From positions 182,838,001-182,902,000 of the forward strand of contig OZ024741.1 of NCBI GenBank assembly GCA_964016885.1: a stretch of DNA of 64,000 nucleotides. The letters run 5' to 3'. Origin of the DNA: Eledone cirrhosa. Lineage: Eukaryota. The notes under the pieces are model-generated. The model ran no database searches, was not told where the DNA came from, and was given only the letters and a program-made list of their open reading frames with translations. Positions 1 through 12,101 of this stretch are shown piece after piece (positions within the stretch are counted from its first letter, which is position 1; the number at the start of each line of letters is the position of its first letter). Position numbers and translations under genes: made by a program.

Positions 1-1030
1 CAATACCATATCCAGTTAAGAATAGGTACACTGTATTTCTCTGTGTCATATGAAGTAACTAAAAGACTTGGGTGTCAGGAGGGAAAGTCAGTTGTTAAAC
101 ATTACCTCAAAAAGTCCTGTCCAACCCAAGCCAGCATGAAAAAGCCAACATAAAAGTGGTGGTGGTGATGGTGATGATAATGATGAAAACTTTACAAATC
201 AACACCAGGATACTGTCGATGATCCAATAAGTGAGAATTGCAACAAAAAAAAAGCTCATCCCTTTCACTGGAATTTGAAGACAGAACAGTGAGGTACTAA
301 ATAATTCACAATGAAGTTATCAAGGTCTTGGAATGTAGTAGTACCCTTCATCCTCATAATTATCATCAGTTTAAGAGTTAAACAATAATCTTGATGGTGG
401 TGGTAATGTAATAATTTACTGAATTATACAAGTGTAATCGGTTGCAGTTCTGTGGATTCTGATTTTAAATTCAATTCCATGATTACATGATAGGATTAGG
501 ACCTTTATCATTAAAACACCCAAGAAACCTTACATGAAGCAAGCTAAACTCATGCATGTAAGAACCAGAGCAGCAACAACAGATCCCAATTTATAATAAT
601 AAGTCATGTTCTTCTTCAATGTCATCATCATATCCTTAACTGGACTGTTTGTTGCCAACATAAACCACCATTAGTTCCTTAAATAAAAGACTCAAGATAC
701 ATTGCCTCTCCACCTTTTTCTCTCTCTATGGGCTTATATGCCCAACTTGCTTGACTATATTTCAGTAAAAAAACCTGCATTGAAGCAGCTTACTTTAATC
801 TAACATATATTCTAAATTCTTAAAATACAATTACCTCAACACCAATGTGCTTCAAGGAATTTATAAAAATTGAATATTTTTAATGGGAAAAAATGGTTGC
901 CTTTCTGTTCTTTCCATACACTAACCTTCATGACAGTAGAGGTAGAATACATGTCCAGACTGCTACACAGTACTTCATATAATTCTCTATTACATGTAGG
1001 AATGTACAGTATGGTCCCCAGCTAAATTAA

Positions 1031-3597
1031 CCCTTTAGCATTCACATTGAATTGTCAAATGTCATGTTCATCTATTCGCATTATTTTCACTTAATTATAC
1101 TCAAGAGGGTTATCAATTTTATTTGTTTCTAATTACTTTAATTTTCTATGTGCAGACTTGAAATTTTGTCAGTAGACGTTTAAAGAACTATAATTTACAA
1201 TTATATAATTTTACCTGATTTTTTTTTGTTAAATTTGACTTTTATGGGCAGGTAAAATTAATTAACAGGTGTAAAAGTAATAACTTTATGGATAAACACA
1301 AAAATTTAAACTTTATCTGCCTTACCTGTTAGATTTGTTGCAAAAAAATCCAATAATGATCTAGATGCTGATTTCCATCAATTCTAGCAGTTTTCCGAAC
1401 AGGTGAATTAATTAAAAATGCAGGTGTAATCAGTACAATGTTTTAGTCTTTCTCTACATTCCAGGCAAATATTTTCATTGAAAAAAATGTATAAAACCTT
1501 TTCACCAGTCAAAATAATATTGGCAATGTACTCTTACACAATGTACGGTGTAAAATTACGTAACAGAATGTTCCCAATATATAAGTTCATTAACAGGTGT
1601 GATGCAGGTGTGTCACAGGTGAATGCAGGTGTTTTTGTATATGTGTGCTAATATATTTTAAAAATAGTGTTTTCAATATTGTTAGACAATATTTCGATCG
1701 TGATACTGCCCAAAGCACCCTTTACATAAGGGCACTTTGCAAAAGGAACACATAAATAGGGTTTGGATTGCGTAACCTTTAACAGTTTTTCTCTTTTGCA
1801 AAGAGCACAATCGGCAAACCTTCCTCCTACCATCAATTCTCTCCACTTTATGAAAATCAATATTTTCTTTGTGGACCACTGCTAATTTTGATTTTTTCCC
1901 AGCTTTGTGTTTGCGAGAAGTATATCCCCCACGTAGCTGGGATGCAATGTCCACGCGAAATTTCATGTGGCAGTAGTCCTTTGGTGGTGGCGGATCCTTG
2001 TGGCTTTTAGTAAATACAATATAAGAATTTACAATGGTTAAATTCACTAAAAACCACAAGATGTATCTCCACCATTTCTTTCCAGGGCGTCCAACTGGGT
2101 AATACGCGCAATATTGGTCGGATTTGTCAACCCCACCCATATATTTATTATAGGAGAGGTTAACTAAAGGTCTACCCTCAGCCCCAACACCTGGTTGTTG
2201 GTTAGAACTCAGGAACAAAATTTGCCGTTTGTCTTTGAACACTGTGGCTAACATGTTCTCTTTTTGCATTTGGAGAATGTCTCCTCTGTTTTTTAGTTTT
2301 GCAACTTTTATTTCTTGGGGTAGTCCTTTCCGATTGCTCATTATTGTGCCGCAGGTGTACGTATTTACAAGGGCAAGATCCTCTGCTAAAAGCACCGAAG
2401 AAAAAAAACGGTCATAATAAATGTGTCTGTGTTGAAAGTGGAAGGGTTGAGTCAGCGACCACACAACATCGTAACCCAACCCGTGCTTTCTCTCTCCGTT
2501 AAGTTTTTTTCCTGTGTAAACATCAAAGTTTACACAGTATCCCGTGTCCGATTCACACAGTTCCCACACTTTGATGCCCCATTTGGTGGGTTTAGCTGGC
2601 ATATACTGTCTGAAATGAACCCTACCCTTATATCCAATCATAGCTTCATCAACACTAAGATTTTTTCCAGGTAAATACATACTTTTAAATTTTTCCGTCA
2701 ACATTTCAATTAATGGTCGTACTTTGTACAGTGGGTCGTAATTCGATTCATTTCTACCAGGGGCATTTGTAGTATCAACCAGATGCAAATACTGGTTTAA
2801 TTTTATAAATCTCGTTTTGGCCATAATACTAGATATATAAGGGTCACCAAACCTTATATCAGTACTCCAATAATTCCACAGTCGTGGAAATTGTTTAATA
2901 CCAAACATAATGTTTATGGTAAAAAACGCTTTCATTTCGGCAGAATCTGTCGGACGCCATAAAAGATCGGGATTTGCTCGATTAGAAATCTGTTGTTGTG
3001 CATAGCGATTTGTCTCCTCTGCCACAACTTCGAAGAAAGTTTGTGGTAGAAATAAAAAAAAATAATCCAGAGCTTTAGCATCGGGTGGTAATGTGTGTTG
3101 TGGTCCAGAATTTTCATTAAAATCCGAAACATGTATCGGTGTTGTTTTTTTCAACCACGTTGGTGTTTTTTCAATGGTGTCAGATATCTCTTCGCTTTCA
3201 CTTTCAAAGTGACTATCATCATCATCAGATATATCTGAAATAAATATATCTGATTCATTTGAAGATAAATCACTGATATTATCTTCTGTTTCTTTGTTAT
3301 CTTGAATGTCGTAGGATGTGAAACCTTCAAAATCGTTGTCGCTGCTTTCGGAAGCCATGTTACAATTTCAAAGTTAAAAACACGTGTTATCACAAGGTCT
3401 TTAACTATACTAAGAGTTAATTTTCGCGCGTAAGGGCTTTATCTCGCTGTAATCTCGAATTGACGAGATTTTGATGATGTCAATGTTTATTTTTAGAAGG
3501 ATATCTACGAGTGGTCTGAAATGTCGGTTTTTGTCGGTTTGAATAAATGAAAGGGGACATAATTTTGTCGGTTTTTGTCGCTTTGAACGCTAAAGGG
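1031..3597 (-). mobile_element. Full-length autonomous piggyBac DNA transposon
   Basis: TTAA at 1027-1030 and 3598-3601. 14-bp TIRs CCCTTTAGCATTCA / TGAACGCTAAAGGG (1 mismatch). Subterminal TGTCGGTTTTTGTCG repeats near 3521-3580. Contains an uninterrupted transposase ORF. Confidence 0.95.
1682..3358 (-). CDS. piggyBac transposase (PGBD4-like), 558 aa, intact
   Basis: Acidic N-terminus. Catalytic Asp motifs SVDEAM, YYDRFF and MGGVDKSDQ. KPTKWGIK motif. C-terminal Cys-rich domain CRLC...CSFCKVPLCKGCFGQYH. Confidence 0.95.
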   Translation of the reverse strand: MASESSDNDFEGFTSYDIQDNKETEDNISDLSSNESDIFISDISDDDDSHFESESEEISDTIEKTPTWLKKTTPIHVSDFNENSGPQHTLPPDAKALDYFFLFLPQTFFEVVAEETNRYAQQQISNRANPDLLWRPTDSAEMKAFFTINIMFGIKQFPRLWNYWSTDIRFGDPYISSIMAKTRFIKLNQYLHLVDTTNAPGRNESNYDPLYKVRPLIEMLTEKFKSMYLPGKNLSVDEAMIGYKGRVHFRQYMPAKPTKWGIKVWELCESDTGYCVNFDVYTGKKLNGERKHGLGYDVVWSLTQPFHFQHRHIYYDRFFSSVLLAEDLALVNTYTCGTIMSNRKGLPQEIKVAKLKNRGDILQMQKENMLATVFKDKRQILFLSSNQQPGVGAEGRPLVNLSYNKYMGGVDKSDQYCAYYPVGRPGKKWWRYILWFLVNLTIVNSYIVFTKSHKDPPPPKDYCHMKFRVDIASQLRGGYTSRKHKAGKKSKLAVVHKENIDFHKVERIDGRRKVCRLCSLQKRKTVKGYAIQTLFMCSFCKVPLCKGCFGQYHDRNIV

Positions 3598-4164
3598 TTA
3601 AGGTATGATATATTTGAAACACCAAATATCAGGATTGCTTGACAAACTACCTGTGTAATTTAGGACTGCTAAATCAGAGCTTTCGTGGAGCTACACAACA
3701 ACAGCTTAATTGGCAAAACCATTAGAGGACATTATATAATGCCTTGCAGTATATTTTGTGGCTCTCTGTATCTAAGTTCAAATCCTGTTGAAGTCAACAT
3801 TGACTTTCATCTTTACAGAGTCAATAATACATACCAGACTATGTCAATTAATTGGAAATGTTAGAGCATCAGGCATGCTGCCTAGCAATATTTGTTCTGA
3901 ACCTTGCATTTTGAGTTGAAATAGAGCTGTTGCTTACTTAGGTGCTAAACTTAATCTACCACCCAGTTTAACACCACCACTTGGCCCATAGATGGCTTTA
4001 AGTGTCCACAGGCATTCATAGCAGGTTTCCAGTTTAACGATACCTTCCTCCTTTGCTTCCTCACATCTTAGGCTTGAAAAATTCCCTGGAACTGCCCTTT
4101 CCTCTCTATAAACAGTAGGAAAAAAAAAAAGATTTAAGCAATGACACATGAAACATCCACTTAC

Positions 4165-4271
4165 GGTATAGCCATCTGAAATGGCGAAATGGAGAGGGCA
4201 TTGTCCAAATCGGTTGGGTCGATTTATTCCACCTGGTCCATGTTTACGTACAAATGGATCTTGTTCATCAT
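4165..4271 (-). CDS. Tankyrase-like ankyrin-repeat gene, visible exon 14 (DEQDPFVRKHGPGGINRPNRFGQCPLHFAISDGYT)
   Basis: cttctag acceptor, gtaagt donor. Phase 1->0 matches the previous exon. Ankyrin PLHFA motif. No further exon found before position 1. Confidence 0.85.
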
Positions 4272-4459
4272 CTAGAAGAAGCAAAGAAAAACAAAATATA
4301 AAATTTAAATCATTTTATAACACTTTCCATGCTGGCATGGTTTTCATGATTTAAAACTAGACAAGTTGAAGAAATTATATCTCACCCTTACATTCCAATT
4401 TTGACATGGTTTCTATGGTTGGACACCAACCCTAATGCCAACCACTTTGTATTCATTAA

Positions 4460-4632
4460 CCCGATCGAATCTGGCCAGAATTCTCTCACCTCTTTCTGTT
4501 CAAACCAGCTGTAACTGGCTGCTCAGACTTATGTTAAGGTATTATTCTCAAAATAAATAATATCAAAATATCATAGATTCCATATTAAGTGAGATAATTA
4601 TGAGATATTCAGCCTTTACTATGAAAATACAA
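4460..4632. mobile_element. piggyBac-type MITE family 1, partial, interrupted by a Helitron
   Basis: TTAA+CCC start and the family body GGCCAGAATTCTCTCACCTCTTTCTGTTCAAACC...ATGAAAATACAA. Right end not found. Confidence 0.75.
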
Positions 4633-5400
4633 TCTATATATATAAAACTGAGGATGTCTGTCTGTGTGTGTGTGAGTTTGAATCCCTAAAACTAGAGAAG
4701 CACCCAACCGACTGTTTTCAAACTTTACACATGTAATACTTATGTTTCAGGGAGTGTTCTGAGCAAAAAAAATTTCAAATTTTCCATGCATTAGGCGATT
4801 TAGCGATCTCTCTCTATAATTCTTAGTCTTTCTCTTTTTAGATAGCTACATACATATAACGTCGCGCCCTTATAATATGTCTGTATGTCTGGCTGTCTGC
4901 ATTACGTCACTTCCTACAATTTGCTCTGCGTCCAGAACGTGCCTTATAATATCTGTCTGTATGTCTGACTGTCTTCATTACATCACTTCCCTGAGGATAT
5001 CTGTCTCTGTGTGTGTGCGTGTTTATGAGTTTGAATCCCTAAAACTCGAGAAGTACCCAACCGACTTTTTTCAAACTTTACATGTGCATTAGTTATGTTT
5101 CAGGCAGTGTTGTGCGCATAAAAAACTTTTTGATCCCCTAGGGCCCGCATTAGGTGAAAAACTGCGTTTTTTTTCAGGTTTTGAGGCGTTACATCAGACT
5201 GATTTCCTTGAAATTGTAACTATGTATTAATCAGTCTCTTCTTCATACCGTGAGCAAAGAAAATCCAACTTTTTTATGGCCTAGGTGAAAAACTTCATTT
5301 TTTCAGCTTTTGGGGGCTTTTTTGAGGCGTTACGTCTAGCCGATTTTCCCCAAATTTCAAGGCATATTATGCACATATTCTTTCCTCTGATATTTCAGTA
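4633..5400 (+). mobile_element. Non-autonomous Helitron-like element, 5' part (3' boundary approximate)
   Basis: Starts A|TCTATATATATAAAACTGAGGAT and is homologous to the element at 15913. Its 5' segment recurs internally at about 4991-5130. Confidence 0.65.
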
Positions 5401-6108
5401 TATTCCATCAAGGTATTCTATTCTACCACATAATTCAGTGTACTACTGTTATTTAAACTGCTTTCGACATGAATCACCATTGTTTTACATCATTGCATTA
5501 AACTGAATTTAGGAAGTTATTGGTTAAAATCTATAGGGTTAGGAGAACTCTTCCACTGTGTCAGACATGAGAACTCCCCCTAGTGTTGGTGCTACAATAC
5601 ATTGTACTCAGTAGAACACGGTATTGAGTGTAAGTATGATGCAAGTATCCAGCCCATTTGAGAGGTCAGCAGCTCTGCTTAAGTACTGACTTAGTCTGTG
5701 AAGCTCTATCCAACCCTTACTAGTAGGGAAGATGGACATTAACAGATGATGATATATATAATTTTACTGGTTTTTCTATGGCCTTGCTGGGGCACTGCCT
5801 AATGCTGTGTTGTGTCAATCATTTGACCCCGGCACTTATTTTAAAGCTTTCATTATAAGATATATACAAATAACACTGATTGTAAAATAGTGTCGATGAA
5901 ATACAGGCACAGACAGACACTGACATATACATGGATTCAGATACACACACACATGGATAAACACCATGGGTTTCTAAAGCTTCTATCTACAAAATTTCAC
6001 TCACAAATTATTGGCCAGCTTGTGGCTTTAGTAGAAGACACTTGCCCAAGTTATCAAGCAATGAGACTGAACAAGAAACCACATGGTTTAACCACACAAC
6101 CGCATGTA

Positions 6109-6151
<43 letters not shown>

Positions 6152-6716
6152 CATCATCATCATCATCATCATCATTTTTACATCTGCTTTTCCCTGCCTG
6201 TAAGAGTGGGACGGGAACTGATTCTGGCTATATATATATAGATCATCATCGTTATTTTACTGTTCGCTTACCCTGCTAGCAAGGATGGTCAGGTCTATAT
6301 AAACCAAGTCAGAACGAAGCAGAGCCACTGATCTCCCAGGTATCTGTGTCTCAGTTATGTATGGTCTCACATTCCACCAAATGTTCAGGAGGGGTTGTCA
6401 TAGCTTTGACACAACTGAGGGTCCTCCCAACCCTTTGTCTGGTAAGATTTCTACAGCTGCATGCCCTTCCTATCACCAACCACTTTACAGTGTCTATGTG
6501 TATATATATATATATATATAGAAAAGATGAATATAAAATGAAAGTGCTTTTTTTAAAAAAAAGGAATTTATTAGGTATTGACATATGTTTCTGTAACAGA
6601 CGGAATACCTATGTATCGCTGCTTGCGTAATCATATAATGTTAGCAAGTATTCGATAGCAAATGTATAATCAGTTGTCACTTCTTCAGAGATTTTGGATA
6701 AATTGGATAAAATCAG

Positions 6717-8458
6717 ACTTGGATAAAATTAGACTTATATGCCCCTCTAAATCTGATATAGGCAAAATTAGCAAATATATACTAGACAGAATTATCCCCC
6801 AAGTTAAGGCTAAAGTAGAAATTAAACTATGGGGTAACACTCATGAAGCAATAAGATGGTTTAATAACATTACTGATAAGAAAAAATCAAAATTTATTCA
6901 GTTTGATATTGATGAATATTATTCCTCAATTTCACCTGATACTCTACATGAAGCTCTTTCGTTCGCTAAGGCTAATTCCGACCTTACGGATGCTGAAATT
7001 AAAATTATTATGGAAGCGAGGAAGACTATTGTTAAATTTGATGATAGCTACTGGGTTCGCAAAGATAGACCTTCTAATTTTGATATTACTATGGGTTCCA
7101 ATGATTCGGCGGAAGTAACAGATCTTGTGGGAATTTATATCACCCACAGACTACAAGGAAAATTCAAGGATCTCCACGGTGGAATCTACCGTGACGATGC
7201 GCTCCTATTAGTTAAGCATATGAATAACCAGAATTTAGAAAGGATGCGTAAAAATATCAGAAAGCTTTTTAAGGAACTAGGATTAAATATTACATTTGAA
7301 TATAACCTCAAAGAGGTCAATTTCCTTGATGTTACTTTGAATCTCAATACAGAAACGATTAAACCGTTCCATAAACTAAATGAGAACCTTAAATATGTAA
7401 ATACGAGTTCTAACCATCCACTCTCTATAATTAAATCCATCCCTAGAAATGTTTCTCTTAGAATCTCCCGCCTGTCGTCCAACCAACAAACCTTCAAAGA
7501 ACATGCCGAATATTATGATGATGCACTTAGGAAAGCCGGACACCTAGATAATATAGAGTATATAGTCGAAGATCACCAAAACACCCAAAATAAATCCCAT
7601 AGGGGTAGAAATAGCACAGAATAACCACCATACATACACTACCGCAATAGACACAATAATAGTCGCACACCACCAAACAGAAGGCGATGTAAAGAGTATA
7701 TTTGGTACAACCCGGTCTATAACAACTCTATTAAAACCAATCTTCCCTCACAATTCTTTCGATTAGTTAGAAAACACTTTCCAACATCACATAAATATAA
7801 TAAAATCTTAAACCCTGACACTATTCGACTTTCATATTCAACCGCCCCTAATATTGAACAACATATAAAAAAGCTTAACGCAAAACAGTTGTATAAACGC
7901 CTTCCAACACATAACAATACACGTAAAACATCGGCTATAACATCACAAAACAACAAACAACATCCTGTCCTACCTAAGCAACCTCATCAACCCATCCATG
8001 CCAATACAACAACGCAAAATTATAACTGTAACTGTGTCCAACCAGGAATGTGTCCGTTGAACAATCAGTGTCTTGAACGCAACATCATATACAAATGTAC
8101 CATCGAATCGGATAGACAGAAGTGGTACTATGTGGGATCTACAGCCACCTCCTTCAAATTACGCCTTTATAGACATCGTTACTCAATAAAACATGAAAAC
8201 CAGCGTTATGTAACAACACTCGCAGACAAGGCTTGGCAGCTGCGTGAAAATAACCAACAATTTAACCTAAAATGGGATATAATAGCGCCTGCCCCTCCAT
8301 ATTTCCACGGACAGGAATTTTGTAAATTATGTAATATGGAATTATTTTGTATTATGAAATCCAAAAACATTTTATTAAATAACAGAATAGAGCGATCGTT
8401 ATACTGTAACCATCGCTTAAAATCTACATTTTCATATTACAAATACTACCAGGATTGA
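6717..8458 (+). pseudogene. PLE reverse transcriptase + GIY-YIG endonuclease with one in-frame stop (TAA 7622-7624)
   Basis: FIQFDIDEYY, ITMGS, IYRDD, NFLDV, SNHP, IWYNP; CNCx5CPL; IIY...YVG...FKLR; LKW; CKLCNME. ORFs 6662-7624 and 7889-8458 share a frame and the intervening sequence is open. Confidence 0.9.
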
Positions 8459-8936
8459 ACGCCTGTCTCCATCGTTTGATTGTCAAAATACATATTAACA
8501 TTCTCTATTAGTCTTAATTCTATCAACTCTTCTATTATTTACCATTTAATATAAACTGCTATAGATAAAATGAGATTTCTTAATTCAAATCCCTAATGCA
8601 TATACCAGCTGGCTACTAGCATTGATGTTATTCAGTAGAAGTCGAAATCTCCCCCTTCCTCAATTGACACTTTATAATTAATACTACTACACCAAATGAC
8701 CAGCCCTGTCCATTGTTCAATTGGTCAAGTATAGATTAAAATAGGCACTCCCAAAAATTCTTATTTAGATAAAATAAACCATTTACTCATTGTATTCTCA
8801 TTAGAAACCCTTTATATACTTGTTTAGCAGTAAATTGAATTACCATCTGTCATATACTATCCCCTCTTTTCTTCCTCTATTACAACTAATATAAATACTT
8901 CAATTTTTCTGATTTTATCCAATTTATCCAAAATCT

Positions 8937-9043
8937 CTGAAGAAGTGACAACTGATTATACATTTGCTATCGAATACTTGCTAACATTATATGATTACGC
9001 AAGCAGCGATACATAGGTATTCCGTCTGTTACAGAAACATGTC
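8937..9043 (+). ncRNA. Hammerhead-like motif in the PLE pLTR (helix I not evident)
   Basis: CUGAAGA, then GUGACA/UGUUAC closing an ~90-nt hairpin, then GAAA-CAU-GUC (GAAACAUAUGUC in the inverted copy). Confidence 0.5.
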
Positions 9044-9487
9044 AATACCTAATAAATTCCTTTTTTTTAAAAAAAGCACTTTCATTTTATATTCATCTTT
9101 TCTACATTTTCTCCGGAATATAATTTATACTCGTTGAGCAAACCTACACGTACGCTGTTCATCTCTAACGTAACAATATATTATCACTACATTATTGATA
9201 ACCTGAATTTTTATATATATATATAATATTATTTTACTGGTTTCTGTCATTTGACTTAGGCTATGCTGAAGGGTTTTAGTTGATCATATCAACCCCAATA
9301 CTTTTTTTTTTCAAGTTTGGTACTTATTTTATCAAACTCAACTGAGCTGCTGCATTACAAACAGCAACGTTTCCATCAGTCAAATTTCACAGTGGTGCTA
9401 TACAGTCAAGCAGAATTTAAAAAAATTTTTGACTGTGAAGCAAAATTCTTAGCCAAACCAAACACATGCATAAATATATCAACTTAC

Positions 9488-9597
9488 CAGTCTTTGCTCT
9501 TTTCAGCAACACTTCAACATTATGGGCACGCCCTGCCTGAGCAGCAAAATGGATGGCACACATGCCAGAGCTGTCCAATTCTAATGGATTACAACCT
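9488..9597 (-). CDS. Tankyrase-like gene, visible exon 13 (GCNPLELDSSGMCAIHFAAQAGRAHNVEVLLKRAKT)
   Basis: tttag/gtaagt splice sites, phase 2->1, ankyrin repeat. Confidence 0.9.
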
Positions 9598-10162
9598 CTA
9601 AAAAACAACAGAAAATTATATCAAATGAGGCAAAGTGACAGAAGAATTTGAATTAAAGGTGTAGAAAGTTTATTTTCTTGCTCTTCTTTGTTATAGGCTA
9701 GTCAATAGGGTACACCTATGATCATTGCATTTTTTCGAAGCATGGTGTATTTTGGCAAAAATTATCCAATGCGTTTTTTTTTTTAAAGCAGTATTATGTA
9801 ATTTGAAGGTAATTGCAATAATTGAAGTCTCGTCTGCTAGGTGACATTCATGAAACTTGTATTACTTTATTAAGCTCATTAATTAATAATATTTTAACCA
9901 ATTAAATCATACAAACCACTCTTTTAAGTAATATTGGAAATACAGAATAAATAGAAGTGAAGGGTACTTCAAAGGATGTTTAAATAGTTAGAAGGCAATG
10001 GTAAGTAAAATAGGGAGAAAATACCATAAAATAATGAATCTCACTGGGGTTAACTTTGGGGACTGATAAAATAATGTACCAGTTTAACACCACCTCTTGG
10101 GCCTTTCGTGCCTTTGTGAAGTCCACTCTGTTACAAGTGTTCTGGCCAGGATTCTGGTTTAA

Positions 10163-10365
10163 TCCTTTAGCATTTAAACTGTAGTATTCAGCCAGAATTC
10201 TCTCACCCCTCCCTGTTAAAACCGGCTGTAACTGGCTACTCATACTTATATTAAGGTATTGTTTTCTAAATAAATATCAAAATCTCAGATTCAATATTTT
10301 GTGAAATAAAGCCTTTTACCGTGAAAATACAATAGTATATATAGAGTAATATAAATGCTAAAGGG
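10163..10365. mobile_element. piggyBac-type MITE family 1, complete
   Basis: TTAA on both sides. Ends TCCTTTAGCATTTA / TAAATGCTAAAGGG match the TIRs of the autonomous element. Confidence 0.9.
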
Positions 10366-10990
10366 TTAAGGATGCCTTCTCTTTTTTCCAATCAGCCACA
10401 AAGGCCCTGAAAAGGGTTCCTCCTGACTAAGTGATAAAATAAAAAAAAAATGGATGATTTAGGCAGAAAAAAAGACAGCTAAAATAATGACAATTGAAAG
10501 TCGATATAGAAAAATAAACCATATGATGAAAGACAGCCTGAAAACTATCGATATATAAATAATGAAAATTTTGAAACTCTCATTACAGAGATTCTTTTTT
10601 CTTTTTAATTTTAAAATACTTTTTATATCAATAACCTCAAACTAGAAACAAGCCTAAATAAAATTAGGGACAACCTTAAATATGTCAGAGATTACTGTAA
10701 ATGAACCTTTATTATTTCAATTCTCTTCTTTTTCAAATCCCAACAAGATTAGCTTTGCTTTTCATCCTTACAGGATTGATAAAATAAAGCACCAGTAATG
10801 TACTGGAGTCAATTTAATCGACTTTCACCTGCCCCCAAATTGTTGGCCTTGTGCCTATAATTATTTAAATTCTCTTCAATCAGAGTTGAGCTGGGAGCTA
10901 AACAGCAACAATAACAATTAAGTTTCCTTGGGTAAAGGTAAACACTCAAGTACATTTAAAGAACACAAAAGCACAAAGTAAAAGCCTTAC

Positions 10991-11154
10991 TTCCCCAAAA
11001 GGAATTCAAGTGTTGCAGTGGACGTGCAAGCAGCTGCATAATGTACTGGCCGGCGTTGCCATTTGTCAACAACATTGAACTCTGGTTGAACATTTATTAA
11101 TGTTTGCAGGTATTTTACATTAGGATTTATAGCAGCACAATGGATTGGGGTGAT
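10991..11154 (-). CDS. Tankyrase-like gene, visible exon 12 (ITPIHCAAINPNVKYLQTLINVQPEFNVVDKWQRRPVHYAAACTSTATLEFLLG)
   Basis: tttcag/gtaagg splice sites, phase 0->2, two ankyrin repeats. I recall TPIHCAAINPN as typical of PME-5/TANK-1-like PARPs. Confidence 0.9.
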
Positions 11155-11929
11155 CTGAAATGAGAAATTTAAAACACAATCACATCATTATCAACTTCAT
11201 CATCATTTCTTTTTAAATTCCACTTTCCATGCTGCATAGTCTAAATAGGTCATCAGTCTGAGTCAGTTCATATATGGAGTTACTATCCTACTAGAGAGGT
11301 CAGAAAACAATGTCATACACACACATTCCATTTTTGTTATGGGTTCTCAGCTAGATACACGCCCTAACATTAACCTTTTAACAGAGTGCATTGGGTACAC
11401 CTTTTTGTGGCACTAGCACTAAAGATGTTGTTATGTCCTTAGAAGGACTTTTTAGCAGTATGTTTGAGATTTGTGGAGACAAACAAAGAAACCAGGAGTC
11501 ATAGGCTGCTGCCATAAGAAGTAGTATATATTTTGTTTTCTATTTTCAGACTAAAGATCATGTGCGAAGGAAGTACTCTCAAAACAGAGACCTCATTTAA
11601 ATGCTTGCACCAAACTCAGAGGTCAAGTTGTGGTGTTAAACTGATGATGGATTAAATTTAACATGCAAAACCAGGCTCAGTATATCTTCACAAGGTACTA
11701 AATGCTACACAGTGAGAGAGAAACCCTATGTCTTTAAAATATGAATTTCAAGGGCAGTATTATTGGAAAGGAGGAGGAGGGGGAATCAACTCTGATGTAG
11801 AATTGGTACTGATTTCATCAAACCTAAAAGGATAAAAATCGAGGGGAATTCTGACAAACCATAAGAATATAAAAGTAAATACTAAAAGGTGACATTTGTG
11901 ATTTGACATATGAAGAGCAGTGGAGTAAG

Positions 11930-12101
11930 TACCGTATTTCCTGGTGTAGAAGATGCTACTTTTTTCCTAAAATAAGTTTCAAAAATCTACCATGCATCCT
12001 GGAGGCTGATGGTTGTTTACTATTTTTTTTTTTTATTTTTGGTTGTCAAAATTAGGGTGCGTCCTTGAGGACGAAGAGTCTTCGGTCCCAGGAAATACTT
12101 A
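11930..12101. mobile_element. Short pogo/Tigger-type MITE remnant
   Basis: TACCGTATTTCCTGG ... CCAGGAAATACTTA inverted ends. Confidence 0.5.

Larger units (their letters stand above)
6519..9210 (+). mobile_element. Penelope-like retroelement, 5'-truncated, with inverted pLTR copy, inserted in (TA)n
   Basis: RT plus C-terminal GIY-YIG coding region. 6519-6716 is the reverse complement of 8909-9104. (TA)n on both flanks. Confidence 0.9.

Noticed and set aside
3938-4106. Possible extra exon in ORF 3934-4284
   Set aside because: A phase-0 join from exon 14 hits a stop after 14 codons, and the open frame shows no ankyrin pattern.
3359-4164. CSB-PGBD3-style in-frame fusion of the host gene to the sense-oriented piggyBac transposase
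   Set aside because: An in-frame TGA lies 12 nt upstream of the transposase ATG with no AG acceptor between them.
7622-7624. Recoded stop (selenocysteine or readthrough) in the PLE ORF
   Set aside because: The codon is TAA, not TGA, and lies in a variable linker. A point mutation is simpler.
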